64,000 nt of DNA, taken from contig JARQWU010000001.1 in assembly GCA_040182905.1 (NCBI GenBank), positions 1 through 64,000 of the forward strand. The letters are read 5' to 3'. Shown one piece after another: positions 1 through 11,600 of the stretch. The notes below the pieces were generated by a model. It was not told the DNA's origin. It made no database searches and saw nothing but the letters and a program-made list of their open reading frames with translations. A program made the translations under genes and the position numbers. This stretch comes from Barthelona sp. PAP020 (lineage: Eukaryota). The first letter of the stretch is position 1; the number at the start of each line of letters is the position of its first letter.

Positions 1-1
1 T

Positions 2-463
2 GAGTTTATGCAAACTCAAGGTCATGCTGCTGCTATGGAGCTAAAGGATTACTTGGATGAAAAAGTTCATTCCAGACACAAATTTCATCAGAATGTTGAC
101 GATTTGCTCATTGATTTCAATCTGAAGAATGGCAATATTAAAGAGGCATTAATCCCTTTGGAAAGAAGTGTAGAGCGTTTGAAAGATCGAGATGTTTATG
201 CACAGTACTCTTCAGTGTTAGTCAGATACCTTTTCAGATATGTTCATATCTTGAATGAATCAGTTGAACTTCTTTTGAAAAAGAAAAAACAATTGAGCAA
301 AGTTGAAAAGACCACATTGAAACTTCATGTAAGTTTGCGAAAGATAAATGCAGATTTGATGGTTGAAACAGCAAAAATTATTTACGGTGAGACACATCCA
401 ATATTTGAAAGATATTCTGCCATGCAATCTTTTTTTGATACTCAACGCATTCGCAATAAATAG
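2..463 (+). CDS. 3' end of a gene entering from the left edge; helical TPR-like C-terminus resembling SMYD (SET/MYND) family tails
   Basis: The frame is open from base 2 (gag ttt atg). The helical sequence ends in KIIYGETHPIF, like the YGxxHP end of SMYD C-terminal domains. No SET domain is inside the window. Confidence 0.4.
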   Translation, partial: EFMQTQGHAAAMELKDYLDEKVHSRHKFHQNVDDLLIDFNLKNGNIKEALIPLERSVERLKDRDVYAQYSSVLVRYLFRYVHILNESVELLLKKKKQLSKVEKTTLKLHVSLRKINADLMVETAKIIYGETHPIFERYSAMQSFFDTQRIRNK

Positions 464-531
464 TTAAGTTATTATTTTTCCTTTGTCCAAAACGTTTTCC
501 AAAACTTTTCAAACTTGAGAACAGGCGCCTT

Positions 532-786
532 AGGTGATTCTTTTATTTCACAGGCTGTCCAGCGGAGAAGGCTGGCTATGCGGTATGTGAAATTCTTTGC
601 AGTGCTAATTGTTCAAAAGAGTCTAAAGGTTCTGATATTCTTGAAATTCATCTTAAATGTACAAGGTTTCTTACGGTTCACTTGTAAAAGGTCAAAAATA
701 TTGGAAAAACTGATGGTAAAGTTTCGTCTTTAAAGAAAAAGAGAAAGAGCAGCAAATTTCGATCGATGGGGTAAAAATAATCGCCT
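532..786 (+). ncRNA. Candidate structured non-coding RNA (~255 nt), family unassigned
   Basis: Terminal helix 532-550/767-786. Internal helices 559-563/571-575, 630-644/692-706 (14 of 15 pairs) and 660-665/681-686. G-U pairs favour the + strand. Followed by TTTT. Confidence 0.35.
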
Positions 787-1030
787 TTTGAACAACACTC
801 ATTTTATTTTTTAATATTTTTATTTAATTTTTTTTTTTTTTTGTGATTTTGCAAAAACTAAAGTTTTCAGTTGTTGCATCAAAATATAAAAAAAAACTCT
901 GTTAGAATTTCAAAGCATTTTTATTTTGACCCGTTTAATCTGAATAGAATTGCTGATAGGGAGCCTTGAAAATTTCTATGCCACCAAAAGAGCTACATCA
1001 AAAATAAAATGCTGAAAATATACATACTAT

Positions 1031-3547
1031 TTACTGATTTACATCAAATTTCCAATCTCCAGGCGTTTCAAATGCCCATTGAAACTTTGTTCTTAAAATA
1101 GGCGTGTAAATTTTCCTCAAATGAACATCGTTTCTTCTACACCATGAGACAACAATTCTTGGGTCGATATAATTTGTGAGACTTGTTGTTAAAGCCACAT
1201 TTCTCAAAGTGCCTCTCATTTCTAAATTCATTGACCGTTTCTCCATGCTCTTTTCCACCTTTTCTAACGCACTTTTTGCTTGATTCAATGTCATATGCTT
1301 GACTATTCCAAATTTATAGATCTTGTCAGTGTCACCTAATCTTCTGATTTCATTTAATCCATAGGTTTTGGGATTCACATCATCAATAGATTCAATTACT
1401 TCCAAATTTTCAAGTTCGATCTCATCATCCATTTTGTTATTGTAGCTCTCGATCATTTTTGATGTCATCTTTCTCCAAACATATTCATCATCAGACAAAT
1501 AACCATCAGTCTCCCTTCTTTGAATTCGATCTATTAGCTGTTCTCTCCTATCATCTAACTCACTTATTTTATCGGCGTGTTTTTCAGTGACGTCATCATA
1601 ATTTTGAGAAATATTTCTTTGATGATTACATACAACAGCGACATGTTTATTGGCCTTTTTGAACCAAGCAACAAGTAAATCTTCGTTAGTAGTGTGTTCT
1701 TCAGGTGTATCTTTCCATAATTCTCTGTCTAATGTAACAGAAGCATTATATGTACGAATAACCTTGTTAGTTAAACCAGGCATTATTCCAGTTAGCCACT
1801 TATTCATTTCAGAGGCACTAACTGAGAATAAAGCATCGTCTTCTCTTCCAACAACTAATTCTTCCAATATTTTATAAACAATCTCATGGACCTTATGAGT
1901 TCTTCGATATGGAACAGAGTCTTTCCCTAAAAAGTCAAACTTGACATAGGCCCCTTCAAAATCAGCTTCAGATTCAGCTAACCATCTTGCAACATCAGGT
2001 TCTTCATCAGAACGATCAGGTAAATCACGTGTGAGTTCAATATGTCCTTTCTTCAATGTTGATACTCCAACCGTATCAGCTTCCTCTTGAAGATCTCTTT
2101 CACCTCCAGCACGGAAAGCAAACTTATCTATAAAATAAATGCAAACTGCTAATTCTCTTTCCTTCTTATTTTCTGACTCAAACAAAACTGAATATTCAGT
2201 TCTTAAGGTGTCAATCACCTCACCAAACATTCGAGCTTTTTCAAACTTTTCAATGTCATTTGTTGTTTTCCATAAGGAAGACGCTTTTAATCGAACATAT
2301 TTCATACCACTCAAAACACTATTTGGATATCGAGCCAGCCATTCTAAGGCAGGGGCATGATGTATGGCACACCATTCATGTCCATTAGGAGCTTTAGGAA
2401 TTGCTGCTTCCTTTCCAATATTCAATTCCACCTGTTCAGGCATAATTCTAGCCTTAATTGATCCAGCCAATGGATGATCACCTCTACCTCGAAATAGTCC
2501 AGGTGGTTCAACTGTAAACTGACCAATTTCTTGTCTTTCACCATCAACTATAGCAATGCCATATTTCTCTCTTAAAAGAGCATTTGCTTCTTTTATTTCA
2601 TCTTTCTCTTGTTTGGTTCGATTCTTTCTTATTTCTCTCAACTCATTCACATGCTCTATAATAAGACTAAAATCTAATAATTCAAACTTTTTTATTGGTG
2701 AATTTTTAGGTAATAATTTTTTAAAATCTTGAAAGAAATTTTGTTGAAATAGAGGCTTATGAACATGTTCCAAATGTGCTGTTTCTGCCCAAAAAGTCGC
2801 TGCTTCTTCAGCTTCGGCATTTAAATGAATTTGCTGCCCATCATAAATGATGGGTACATTATGACTTTCATAATCAGGTGGAAAATACACACCATTATGT
2901 TCAAGAGTCTCCCATTTATCTTCAGATGCAATAATTTCATTGTGTCTGTTGTAACGATCAATCATTTTCGGGTCTGGTATGGGAATTATTGGATCATCTT
3001 TCTTTTTACGTCCCTTTTTATCAATATTTGCCATAACATCCACAGATGCTTCTGATTTAACGGTAATTTCAGCTTTTACATTTTTCTTTGTTGCTTTCGT
3101 TTTTGTTTGATTGTTTGTAACCTTTTCTTTTAGTTTTTTTGAGTTTTCACGTTTTTCCTGTTTTGGTGGTTTTTCCTTTTTCTCTTTCTTTGTATCAACA
3201 GCTTTTTTTTTGGGAGTTTTGGTATTGACTGATTTAGCTTTTGATTTTTTCTTTGGTTTTTTCTTTTCAACAAGTTCTACTTCATCATCATCACTCTCTT
3301 CATCCTTTTTAGCACCTCTTTTTTTTCTTTTCTTTCGAAGAATAAAATCTTCATCATCACTTTCACTAGACACTTCCATTTCATCAGAAATATAGTTTTC
3401 ATCAGGGCTTCTTTTAAATTCCTCTTCATAAGGCTCCAAGTCATGCAATCGTTCATCATCTTCATTTTCCATGTGTTCAAAATCAGAATCGGATGATGGT
3501 ATGAAATCGCTTTCATTTTCATCATTTCTTTTCTTTTTAGGAGGCAT
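1031..3547 (-). CDS. TOP1: DNA topoisomerase IB
   Basis: KWETLEHNGVYFPP, VEPPGLFRGRGDHP, FRAGGE, FLGKDS, RTYNAS, CNHQR and the catalytic Tyr in SLTNYIDPRI. Charged Lys/acidic N-terminal tail. Confidence 0.97.
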   Translation of the reverse strand: MPPKKKRNDENESDFIPSSDSDFEHMENEDDERLHDLEPYEEEFKRSPDENYISDEMEVSSESDDEDFILRKKRKKRGAKKDEESDDDEVELVEKKKPKKKSKAKSVNTKTPKKKAVDTKKEKKEKPPKQEKRENSKKLKEKVTNNQTKTKATKKNVKAEITVKSEASVDVMANIDKKGRKKKDDPIIPIPDPKMIDRYNRHNEIIASEDKWETLEHNGVYFPPDYESHNVPIIYDGQQIHLNAEAEEAATFWAETAHLEHVHKPLFQQNFFQDFKKLLPKNSPIKKFELLDFSLIIEHVNELREIRKNRTKQEKDEIKEANALLREKYGIAIVDGERQEIGQFTVEPPGLFRGRGDHPLAGSIKARIMPEQVELNIGKEAAIPKAPNGHEWCAIHHAPALEWLARYPNSVLSGMKYVRLKASSLWKTTNDIEKFEKARMFGEVIDTLRTEYSVLFESENKKERELAVCIYFIDKFAFRAGGERDLQEEADTVGVSTLKKGHIELTRDLPDRSDEEPDVARWLAESEADFEGAYVKFDFLGKDSVPYRRTHKVHEIVYKILEELVVGREDDALFSVSASEMNKWLTGIMPGLTNKVIRTYNASVTLDRELWKDTPEEHTTNEDLLVAWFKKANKHVAVVCNHQRNISQNYDDVTEKHADKISELDDRREQLIDRIQRRETDGYLSDDEYVWRKMTSKMIESYNNKMDDEIELENLEVIESIDDVNPKTYGLNEIRRLGDTDKIYKFGIVKHMTLNQAKSALEKVEKSMEKRSMNLEMRGTLRNVALTTSLTNYIDPRIVVSWCRRNDVHLRKIYTPILRTKFQWAFETPGDWKFDVNQ

Positions 3548-4036
3548 TATTTCGATAAAAAGACAATTTTTTTGAAGATTACTTTTTTTTTTTTCCCACA
3601 GAAAACTTTTTTGAAAAATGTTTGAGTCTTCGATTTCATCATTTTTCCTCTAAAATTCAAAATAAATAATGAAAACATAGAAATTTTCTTTGTTTGGTTA
3701 AAAAGAGATACTGTTAACTTTTGAATCTTTAAATAAATGTAAAAGGACGATTGATATCTTTATTTTGAGAACAAATTATTTTTGAAAGTTTAGAAAAAAC
3801 AACATTGCGAATAAAAAATTTATGGAATTGAAGAAATTTGCTTCTAGAGCTTCTTTGAAAATATTTGTCTTCAGAATCTGCATATAAATCTTCATTGTTT
3901 GAAAATTTGATAAAACAAAAAGATATGAAAGTTGGTTCAAAAAACAGTTGTTTTTGCTTAGCGTCAAATAAATGACGAAACTAAAAAAAAAATAGTGTCT
4001 ATTTACTTAATTGGTGCAAATGCAAAGTACAATTAA

Positions 4037-5266
4037 TTATTGATCCCAATCAAACTTAAATTCAAGATTCTTTTCGTCTCTAAGTTGGGTCATGGCCTTT
4101 TGCAATCCAGTTGGAATCATGATTCCACCAGCAGCCATTCTTTCTTTGTTAGCAAGATATTCCTTTTCACCATGAGTAAAAATTTTGTCACATCCAGGAA
4201 CTTTCTCAGCTGCTCTAAGTTTTCTGGTGATATCAGCAACACCTGCTTTACAAGTATCTAATCCTAAGAAGAATTCAGGATTGATGCACAGGAAACTATG
4301 TCCAAGTTCAATAGGAATCTTATTTCCCTTTTCATCAACACCAGTCAAATCGTGCATTTGATTACCTGCTTGTAAACAAGAAGACATAATTTCAACAAAG
4401 GTAGCGAAGCCATAACCCTTATAACCACCAGTCAATTCACCCATTCCTCCAATTGGACAACAAGCAGCTTTCTTCAAGGGTAAATCCTTCAAAATTTGTT
4501 TAGTATCTGTTCTATATTCACCATCAGTACCAATAACCAAACCAGAGGGAAGGTCTTTATCAGCACGACCATACATCTCGATTTTTCCACGTTGAACAAT
4601 AGATGTTCCGCAATCCAGAATCCAAGGAAATTCTTCATCAGAGGGAGCACAGAAAGTCAAGGGATTTGTTCCTAACATGGGTTCAACAGAAAAAGTAGGA
4701 GCGATAGAAGGACGAGCATTTGTAGTAACCATACCAATCATGCCAGAATCAATCATTCTACGACAATAATAACCACAATTTCCAAAGTGTGTGGAATTTC
4801 TGCAAACAACCATACCTAAGCCATATTGTTTTGCTTTTTCAATGGCCATATCAACGGCATATTGAGAAACAACATGTCCCATCCCATTATGACCATCAAT
4901 TACAGCCGTAGTAGGTGTTTCCTTTACAATCTCAATTTCAGTTTCAGGATTTAAAATACCAGCTTTAATACGATCACAATAAATTAATTTTAATCTGCCA
5001 ATACCATGAGAATCAATACCATGTTTGTCAGCATCGATTAAAACATCAGAAACGATTTGAGCATCTTTCTTTGGAACACCATAAGCTTCAAGAGCAATCT
5101 TCATAAAATTTTCCAAGGTTTCAAAATCCATGAAAATAGCACTTTCATCAGTGATTATGGGCAATCCATTAGGTTGGGGATTGAAACCTAACAAGTTACG
5201 GGACTTTCCAAGTTCAAAATCAAATTCTTCTTCAATTTGAGGTTCTCTTTTTGGTGAATCAGACAT
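4037..5266 (-). CDS. Ldh_2 family (YiaK/AllD-like) NAD(P)-dependent malate/L-lactate-type dehydrogenase
   Basis: GIDSHGIGRL, IDGHNGMGH, RNSTHFG, LGTNPL and GGYKGYG motifs. Start set at the ATG of MSDSPK (5266) because the upstream extension is T-rich leader. Confidence 0.9.
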   Translation of the reverse strand: MSDSPKREPQIEEEFDFELGKSRNLLGFNPQPNGLPIITDESAIFMDFETLENFMKIALEAYGVPKKDAQIVSDVLIDADKHGIDSHGIGRLKLIYCDRIKAGILNPETEIEIVKETPTTAVIDGHNGMGHVVSQYAVDMAIEKAKQYGLGMVVCRNSTHFGNCGYYCRRMIDSGMIGMVTTNARPSIAPTFSVEPMLGTNPLTFCAPSDEEFPWILDCGTSIVQRGKIEMYGRADKDLPSGLVIGTDGEYRTDTKQILKDLPLKKAACCPIGGMGELTGGYKGYGFATFVEIMSSCLQAGNQMHDLTGVDEKGNKIPIELGHSFLCINPEFFLGLDTCKAGVADITRKLRAAEKVPGCDKIFTHGEKEYLANKERMAAGGIMIPTGLQKAMTQLRDEKNLEFKFDWDQ

Positions 5267-5677
5267 TATTAATAAAAAAATGATTGATGAAAAGTCATCA
5301 CAAGTTTTTTTTTTCATTCTTTTTCAATCAGAAATGTACAAACTTTTCGAAGATAGTGTTAATTTTTGTGTTAAAATGTAATAAATATAAGAATTTTGCA
5401 TGTCTTTTCAAAAAATATCTAAATTTTTTTTCTTTTTATGACATTTTTTCATTTATGCGTTTATCAAAAGTTATAAAAAATATTTTATGAATAATTTATC
5501 CAAAAAAGAAATTGGATTATTCTAAGTCTGAAAAAAAAAAGATTTATCTTGAATTTTGAGAATTAACATAATTCTTGCGCTTATCCAAATTTACAATGAT
5601 TTAAAATAAATTAAAAAAATCTAATTGCACATCACGTGAAAAGTTTATGAAAAAATAAAATCACAATCACAACTAAT

Positions 5678-8600
5678 TTATTTGTTTGACCATTCAATAT
5701 CAATTTGAAATCGACTACAATAGACGGTAATTTCAAAAATTACTTTTGAAGGATTATTTTCTTCAATAAAAGGAATGACAGAGAATTGATAACCAGAACT
5801 TGGTTCTAAAATAGCTCTAGTTAAATTGGTTTTATCTCTTGAAAAATTAGGAGAGCAAACGAATTCAAATTCAAAGCTGTCTTTTATTGGAACATCAAAA
5901 TGTTTAATTAGAGCACAATAAAGAGGAACTGCCTTTGTTCTTTGAACAATCTCAATAAAAATTTCCACTTCATCTTCATTTTTCATTTTAGAACAATCTA
6001 AATGAAACTGTGGAGCAAAATGTAATGTTGAAGAATTCATTTCAAATGTTTGAATTTGTTTATCCGTCATAACATGCTTTAATTTGGTTTTAAAATTTTG
6101 TTTGAATAACAAACATTGAGAAAAGATAATCATTTCATCCAAAAGTTCTCCCAATGTTAACCAATAACCTTGAATATGTGATGAACGGTTAGATTTGGAA
6201 GATAGAATTGTGTGAGCTTTATTTTTTAATTTTTGCGTCCAATTCATTGAATGTTCTCTATAACAACCCTCAAAATTGGATTCTTGATCTTTAAAATCTT
6301 CAAAACATTCCAAACATTTGTTGTTTATTGGAGAGACATAAAATAGTAATAGTTTACAATTATTTGCATCACCATCTTCAAACACACCAGCAATTCGAAA
6401 AACGGTATCTGAAGGCAATCCCAATTCGGTTAATACACATGTACCATCAATGCAATAAGACTGATGATTTTCTTTTGTTTTGCATAAAGTGATACAATTT
6501 TGTAGATTATCAATAATTTTGGTGTAAAACTTTTGAATTAGAATCGAATTGTTGAATATTGTACGTTTTTCAAAAGTATCAACATAGCATCCAAATACTA
6601 TTTTCAATCCATCAACCAAAGTCAATTTTTTGGATAAATTTTCATAATTTCCATAAATTTTGGCAAAAAGTTTCTCCAAAAGCGGAAAGAATATTTGACT
6701 TGAATCAACACCTCTTCCAAAAACTAATTGATTGAGTATTGAAGGAAAAAATGTGTCTAAAACTTCATATTTTTCTTGCAAAGTGTTCAAATCATAGTAT
6801 TTCATCAAAAAAACTCCTGATTGCTTGTCAAATCGTATCAATAATTCATTTAACTTTTGATTTTGATTCAAACATTGGATTAAAGTAATAATATTACCTA
6901 ATTCACTTCTGTTATCACCTTGAACAAAAGGTATAGAAGCATCTCCTACACTCCAATGAGAAAACAATTTTTGAAAACCGCAGATCTTTATAGAAATCAT
7001 TTCATACTTTTTACCAAAAATACTTCTCAAAAACTTATGATCAGAGTATTGTTTTTCATGCAGTCTTGAAAAACTTAAAATTTTCAAATATTCAACCAGA
7101 TTTTTGGTTAATTCTTCATTTGATTCGATCGAAGGTTTATTCATCAATTTACCTTTGAAATCATGGAAATCCGCTTCAAATCTAGAGATGTTACTTTCTA
7201 AAATTTCAACTTCTTTCAATACAACTCTTGTTTGATCATTTAAATCAATAAAACATGACTTTATATCCTTTAAAAGTTTATTGAAATGTAAAAATTCATT
7301 CAAATTTTCATTAAAATCAACCTCATTTGCTTGAGCAAATATTTGCTGAAAAAATTCAAACTCATCAAATAATGTTCTTATTCTTGTTTTTACTAATCTC
7401 ATTTTTTGTTTTAAATCTTGTTCTGTTGGAATAATTTCTGCTTCATTTTCAATATCAACAATCATTTCCATCGAATCTCTACCGTAATTTGATCTTGATT
7501 TCACATAAACACGTTCTACCAAATCAATTTCATCAATAACATCCAAAACATCCATTTCACTTTCATCTTCGATAGTTTGAATACTTTCATTTTCATAAAC
7601 AAAATTCTGTTTGTCACCATTATCATATTCTTCTTCTTTTTCTTCTTCGTATTTGATTGAATCAACTGTGTTATTCGATACCACAGATGTATTCTGTATT
7701 AATTCAACAATTTCAGTATCTGTATCATTTGGTTCATTCATGGTCTCTTCATAAGAATCTGTGTTGTAATATAAGTTATCATTTGAAACAGTTGATATGC
7801 TTTCATTTTCATTCATTATGCATTTGTTAGTCATTTCATCAAACGTATCATCATCATTCACTATGTTTAGAGCTGCTCTAAATGTTACAAATTCAGATTT
7901 TACATCATATTCACATAATACATCATCATTTGATTCCAAACCATCAAATGTTATTGTTCTCTTGACTGAGGTGTTCGTATCTGTTGTTAAACGATCAACC
8001 TCTTGTTTCATCTGACTGTTTTCATTATTATCACTCTCAAATGAATTAAATTTCACGATACAAAACTCAACATCATCAATATCTACAATATTAAACTCTA
8101 ACCTTTGTTTAACAAAATTTCTGAAATTTTCCCGCAATTTCTCACCAAGTTCAGCATGAGATCGAACCAAATTCATATTGAAATATGGACAATGAGTTGT
8201 CTTCCATTTTGTTATCAAATGTAAAGCATTAACCAATTCTAACTCAATTAATTGATGTAAACGAACATAAAAATACCCTAATAACCGCTTTTGCAAAAAT
8301 TTCAACTCTTTCAACTGTAATTCGTAATTCTTTATTTGATTCAGCAATTGATTCTTATCAAACATGCGATCTACTTCATCACAAAAACTTAAAATTTTTA
8401 ACCCAACATCGGAAATGTCCGAAGTATTGGAGATTTCATCTGGTTCATCTTCCTCGTATTCATCAAACTCTTTTTCTCTTATCTCATTCTTTTCAATAAA
8501 AAAAAATTCGGTGTCAACTTGTTTTTGATTTCTTTCATTTTGTCTTTGTTCAACTATCTCCTCAATGGTTATTGTCTTATAAGCTGGATCAATAACAATT

Positions 8601-11600
8601 TTATCCAAACTTCTGTACTGTTTTTTCAAAGAATGTATGTTTTCTTTTAAAAATTTTATGTATTCTGAAAATAGTATTGAATCATTTTTGTTCACAAACT
8701 TTTCAAAATTTTCGAAATTTTTGAAAGAAAATGCAGAATTTCCATCATTGACATTGTCCAAAAACTCACTATTGAAAATAGTTTCATTGAATGAACCAAC
8801 GGAACCATTAAAACTTGTTGGACTTATGGGGTCAATTAAATTTAAAGGGTTTACAAGGGAACAAGAAGTTTGTTGTTGGGGTATTGAAGAAGTTGGGGAT
8901 ATATCATCTATATCAGGAGAAGATTGATCGGCAATCTTTTGTTGTTTTTGTGGGGAACTTTGGGTATGTTGGGAATAATGAGAATGAAGGGTGGTTGAAT
9001 CATTATGTAAACTTTCCAATTTTTTAAAATGCTTTCTAAAACCTTTTAAAATATATTCAACACTATTTTTATACACGTTATTCAACAAATTTTCATTTAA
9101 AAGAGGTGCTATTTCAACAAAATAATTTGTGTGTTGATAACCATTTAAAATACGAAATATATAGACTAAAACAGAATTTGAATAAAAGACCAACATACTT
9201 GTATTAGAATAATACAAAAATACGCTCAAAAAATTGTAAAATAACCAACCATATAACATTATGAAGATCATGAAAATACCAATTCTTGACTCAATTATTT
9301 GATCCTTTTCGTTGATAAAAAAGGTAGGATTAAGGTTTTTTGCAACATATACCTTGTTTGATAAAGTCAAAAAGGCTTCACTAGGAATTCTAACAATAGC
9401 CAAAAAAACTAAAACAAAAACTACCAAAGAACAAATATACATGTAATCATTGGTACCAGTTTTACCATCACCAGAAAGAAACATGAAAAAAATACCAAAA
9501 AATCCACAAAGGATCATTCCTAAAACATAAATAATGCTTATTCTATTGATAGATTGTTTCTTTTTAATTTTTTTGATTAGAAAAAGATGAAAGAAAGGAG
9601 AAACAAAGATCAAAAAAAATATGAACAAAAAAAATCCAAAACGAATATAAGTATACATACCATCATATAATATGAAAAAAAATCCCAAAGAAATGATGAA
9701 ATGAAAGCAAAAAGGAAAAATTAATTTTTTTTTTTCACCAGTATTTAAATCAATTGCTACTTTTAGAATACTTACAGATAATATTAAATTGGTTGAAAAC
9801 AAAATCAAAAAGAAAGAATAATCCATTTCAGTATTTTGTAATTTTGTGGTAGATGCGGAAAAAAAATACAAATAATTACTTGCCAAAATAGTGATGAAAT
9901 AAATGGCTAAACAAGTATGTAATGAATATCTAAAATGATTTGGAGCTTTTTTCGAATTATAAATTTTAGCTAATAAAGAAATCATGCTTAAAATCATGGA
10001 TCCTAAGGTGATTTTACGATATGATGTTTCAATAAACATAAAATAGATACATATTATCAAGCATAATCCTTGAATTATACTGAAAATATATCTTAAATAA
10101 ATAATTTTTCTGGCCATTATCTCCAACTTTGTACCATGAAATCTTTCATCAACTTTCCAACGTGATCGAACTAAAAAACAAGAAAACCAATTGATATAGA
10201 AACATAATATGTATGAACTTATGGCAAAAAAAAACTTAAATGCTTCAGGAACAAAATGAACCAAGATTAAAATCAATATTAAAAACATCGTGAGTATTAA
10301 ATACTGATAAGTTAATCTTTTAGGAAATTTCCCTTGAAATACATTCAAAATGATATCTTTGGTCCAATTATCTTTTAACCAATAATTCTCAATATCATCA
10401 TCATCATCATCTTGATGCTTCTCCTTTTCCCTTTCCTCTTCCTCATCTTCCTCTTGATCATTCATCTTCTTTTTCTTTAGTATGATCGTATCATAAAGAC
10501 TTTTTTCAAAATTGGTAGAAGTAAATATTCGAGTTATAACATCCAAATCTTTTGCTTTAAAAGGTTTTAAAAAATGACAACCAATGATAAAAATCACTAT
10601 CAAGCAAAAACTACCAAAAAAATATAAAACAACTTGAATATTTTGAAAAATTAAGCCTGTAAACTTCCATTGAAATAAATATCCAATAAATAAACCAATA
10701 AAAGCACAAATTAAATTCTTTAAAAAATTTTTAATCAAAAATTTATAAAATTCAAACTTTTTGATATTACAATGCAATTTTGTCTTAAACTTATCAATTT
10801 CTTGTTGTATTAAAGAAGGCTTTTCAAATAAATATTGTATTTCAGTTTTATATCTTCGTACATTGATTAAAAATATGTAAAACACAAAATCAACCAATAT
10901 ATAACTTAAAAAACTAATCAAATAAATAGTTTCATAACCAATATTTGTTAAAAGCTGTTTGTTTTCAATCAAAAGTGAATAAACTAACACACTAAAGCTA
11001 AATGTAATCGGATTAAATAATGTTAACAAACAAAAAAAATTGTTCGAAAAATAAATCACGAGATAAAGCAAACTTTTGAAAATTAAAAAATTTTCCAATT
11101 GATAAAAGACATTGATATATTTCTCATCATGTACAATTCTGAAATCATTCAAAATTCCAAACAATAACATGAAAAAATTATTGATTCGAAAGAAATGGTT
11201 CATATAAGACTTATTTGTAAATTCAAAATTCTTTCTTTCAAAAAAAAAGCCAACTACCATCTTCATATCAATGTTGTAATATTCTTTTGTCTTATAAGTC
11301 GAAGAAAATATGATTTCAAACATAAAAAAAGGAAAAAAATTGTAAAAATCATAGTATTTATCTAAAACACTATATTTATAAATAATTTGAAACCAAAAAA
11401 AACAAAATATTAATGATAAACAATAAAAAAAGGCTTTAAACCGAAACGTAATGAAAATTGATTGATAAAAAATTCGAAAATTAATTAAAGTTAATAAATA
11501 TATGATTAAACACATAATAATTAAATGAATATTATAATATGTCAGGTTATCCAAAACAAGGTAATGTTTTGAATATTTTATTATTGTAAAAACAATAACT

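Noticed and set aside
534..553. 20-nt GT...AG segment resembling a tiny intron
   Set aside because: No flanking coding exons are restored by removing it, and no gene in the window needs splicing.
515..733. 72-aa ORF (MRTGALG...)
   Set aside because: TTG start and no recognisable motif. The region is better explained by RNA structure or decay.
930..1000. tRNA D-arm-like GTAGCTCTTTTGGTGG on the minus strand
   Set aside because: No acceptor stem, anticodon arm or TTCGA T-loop.
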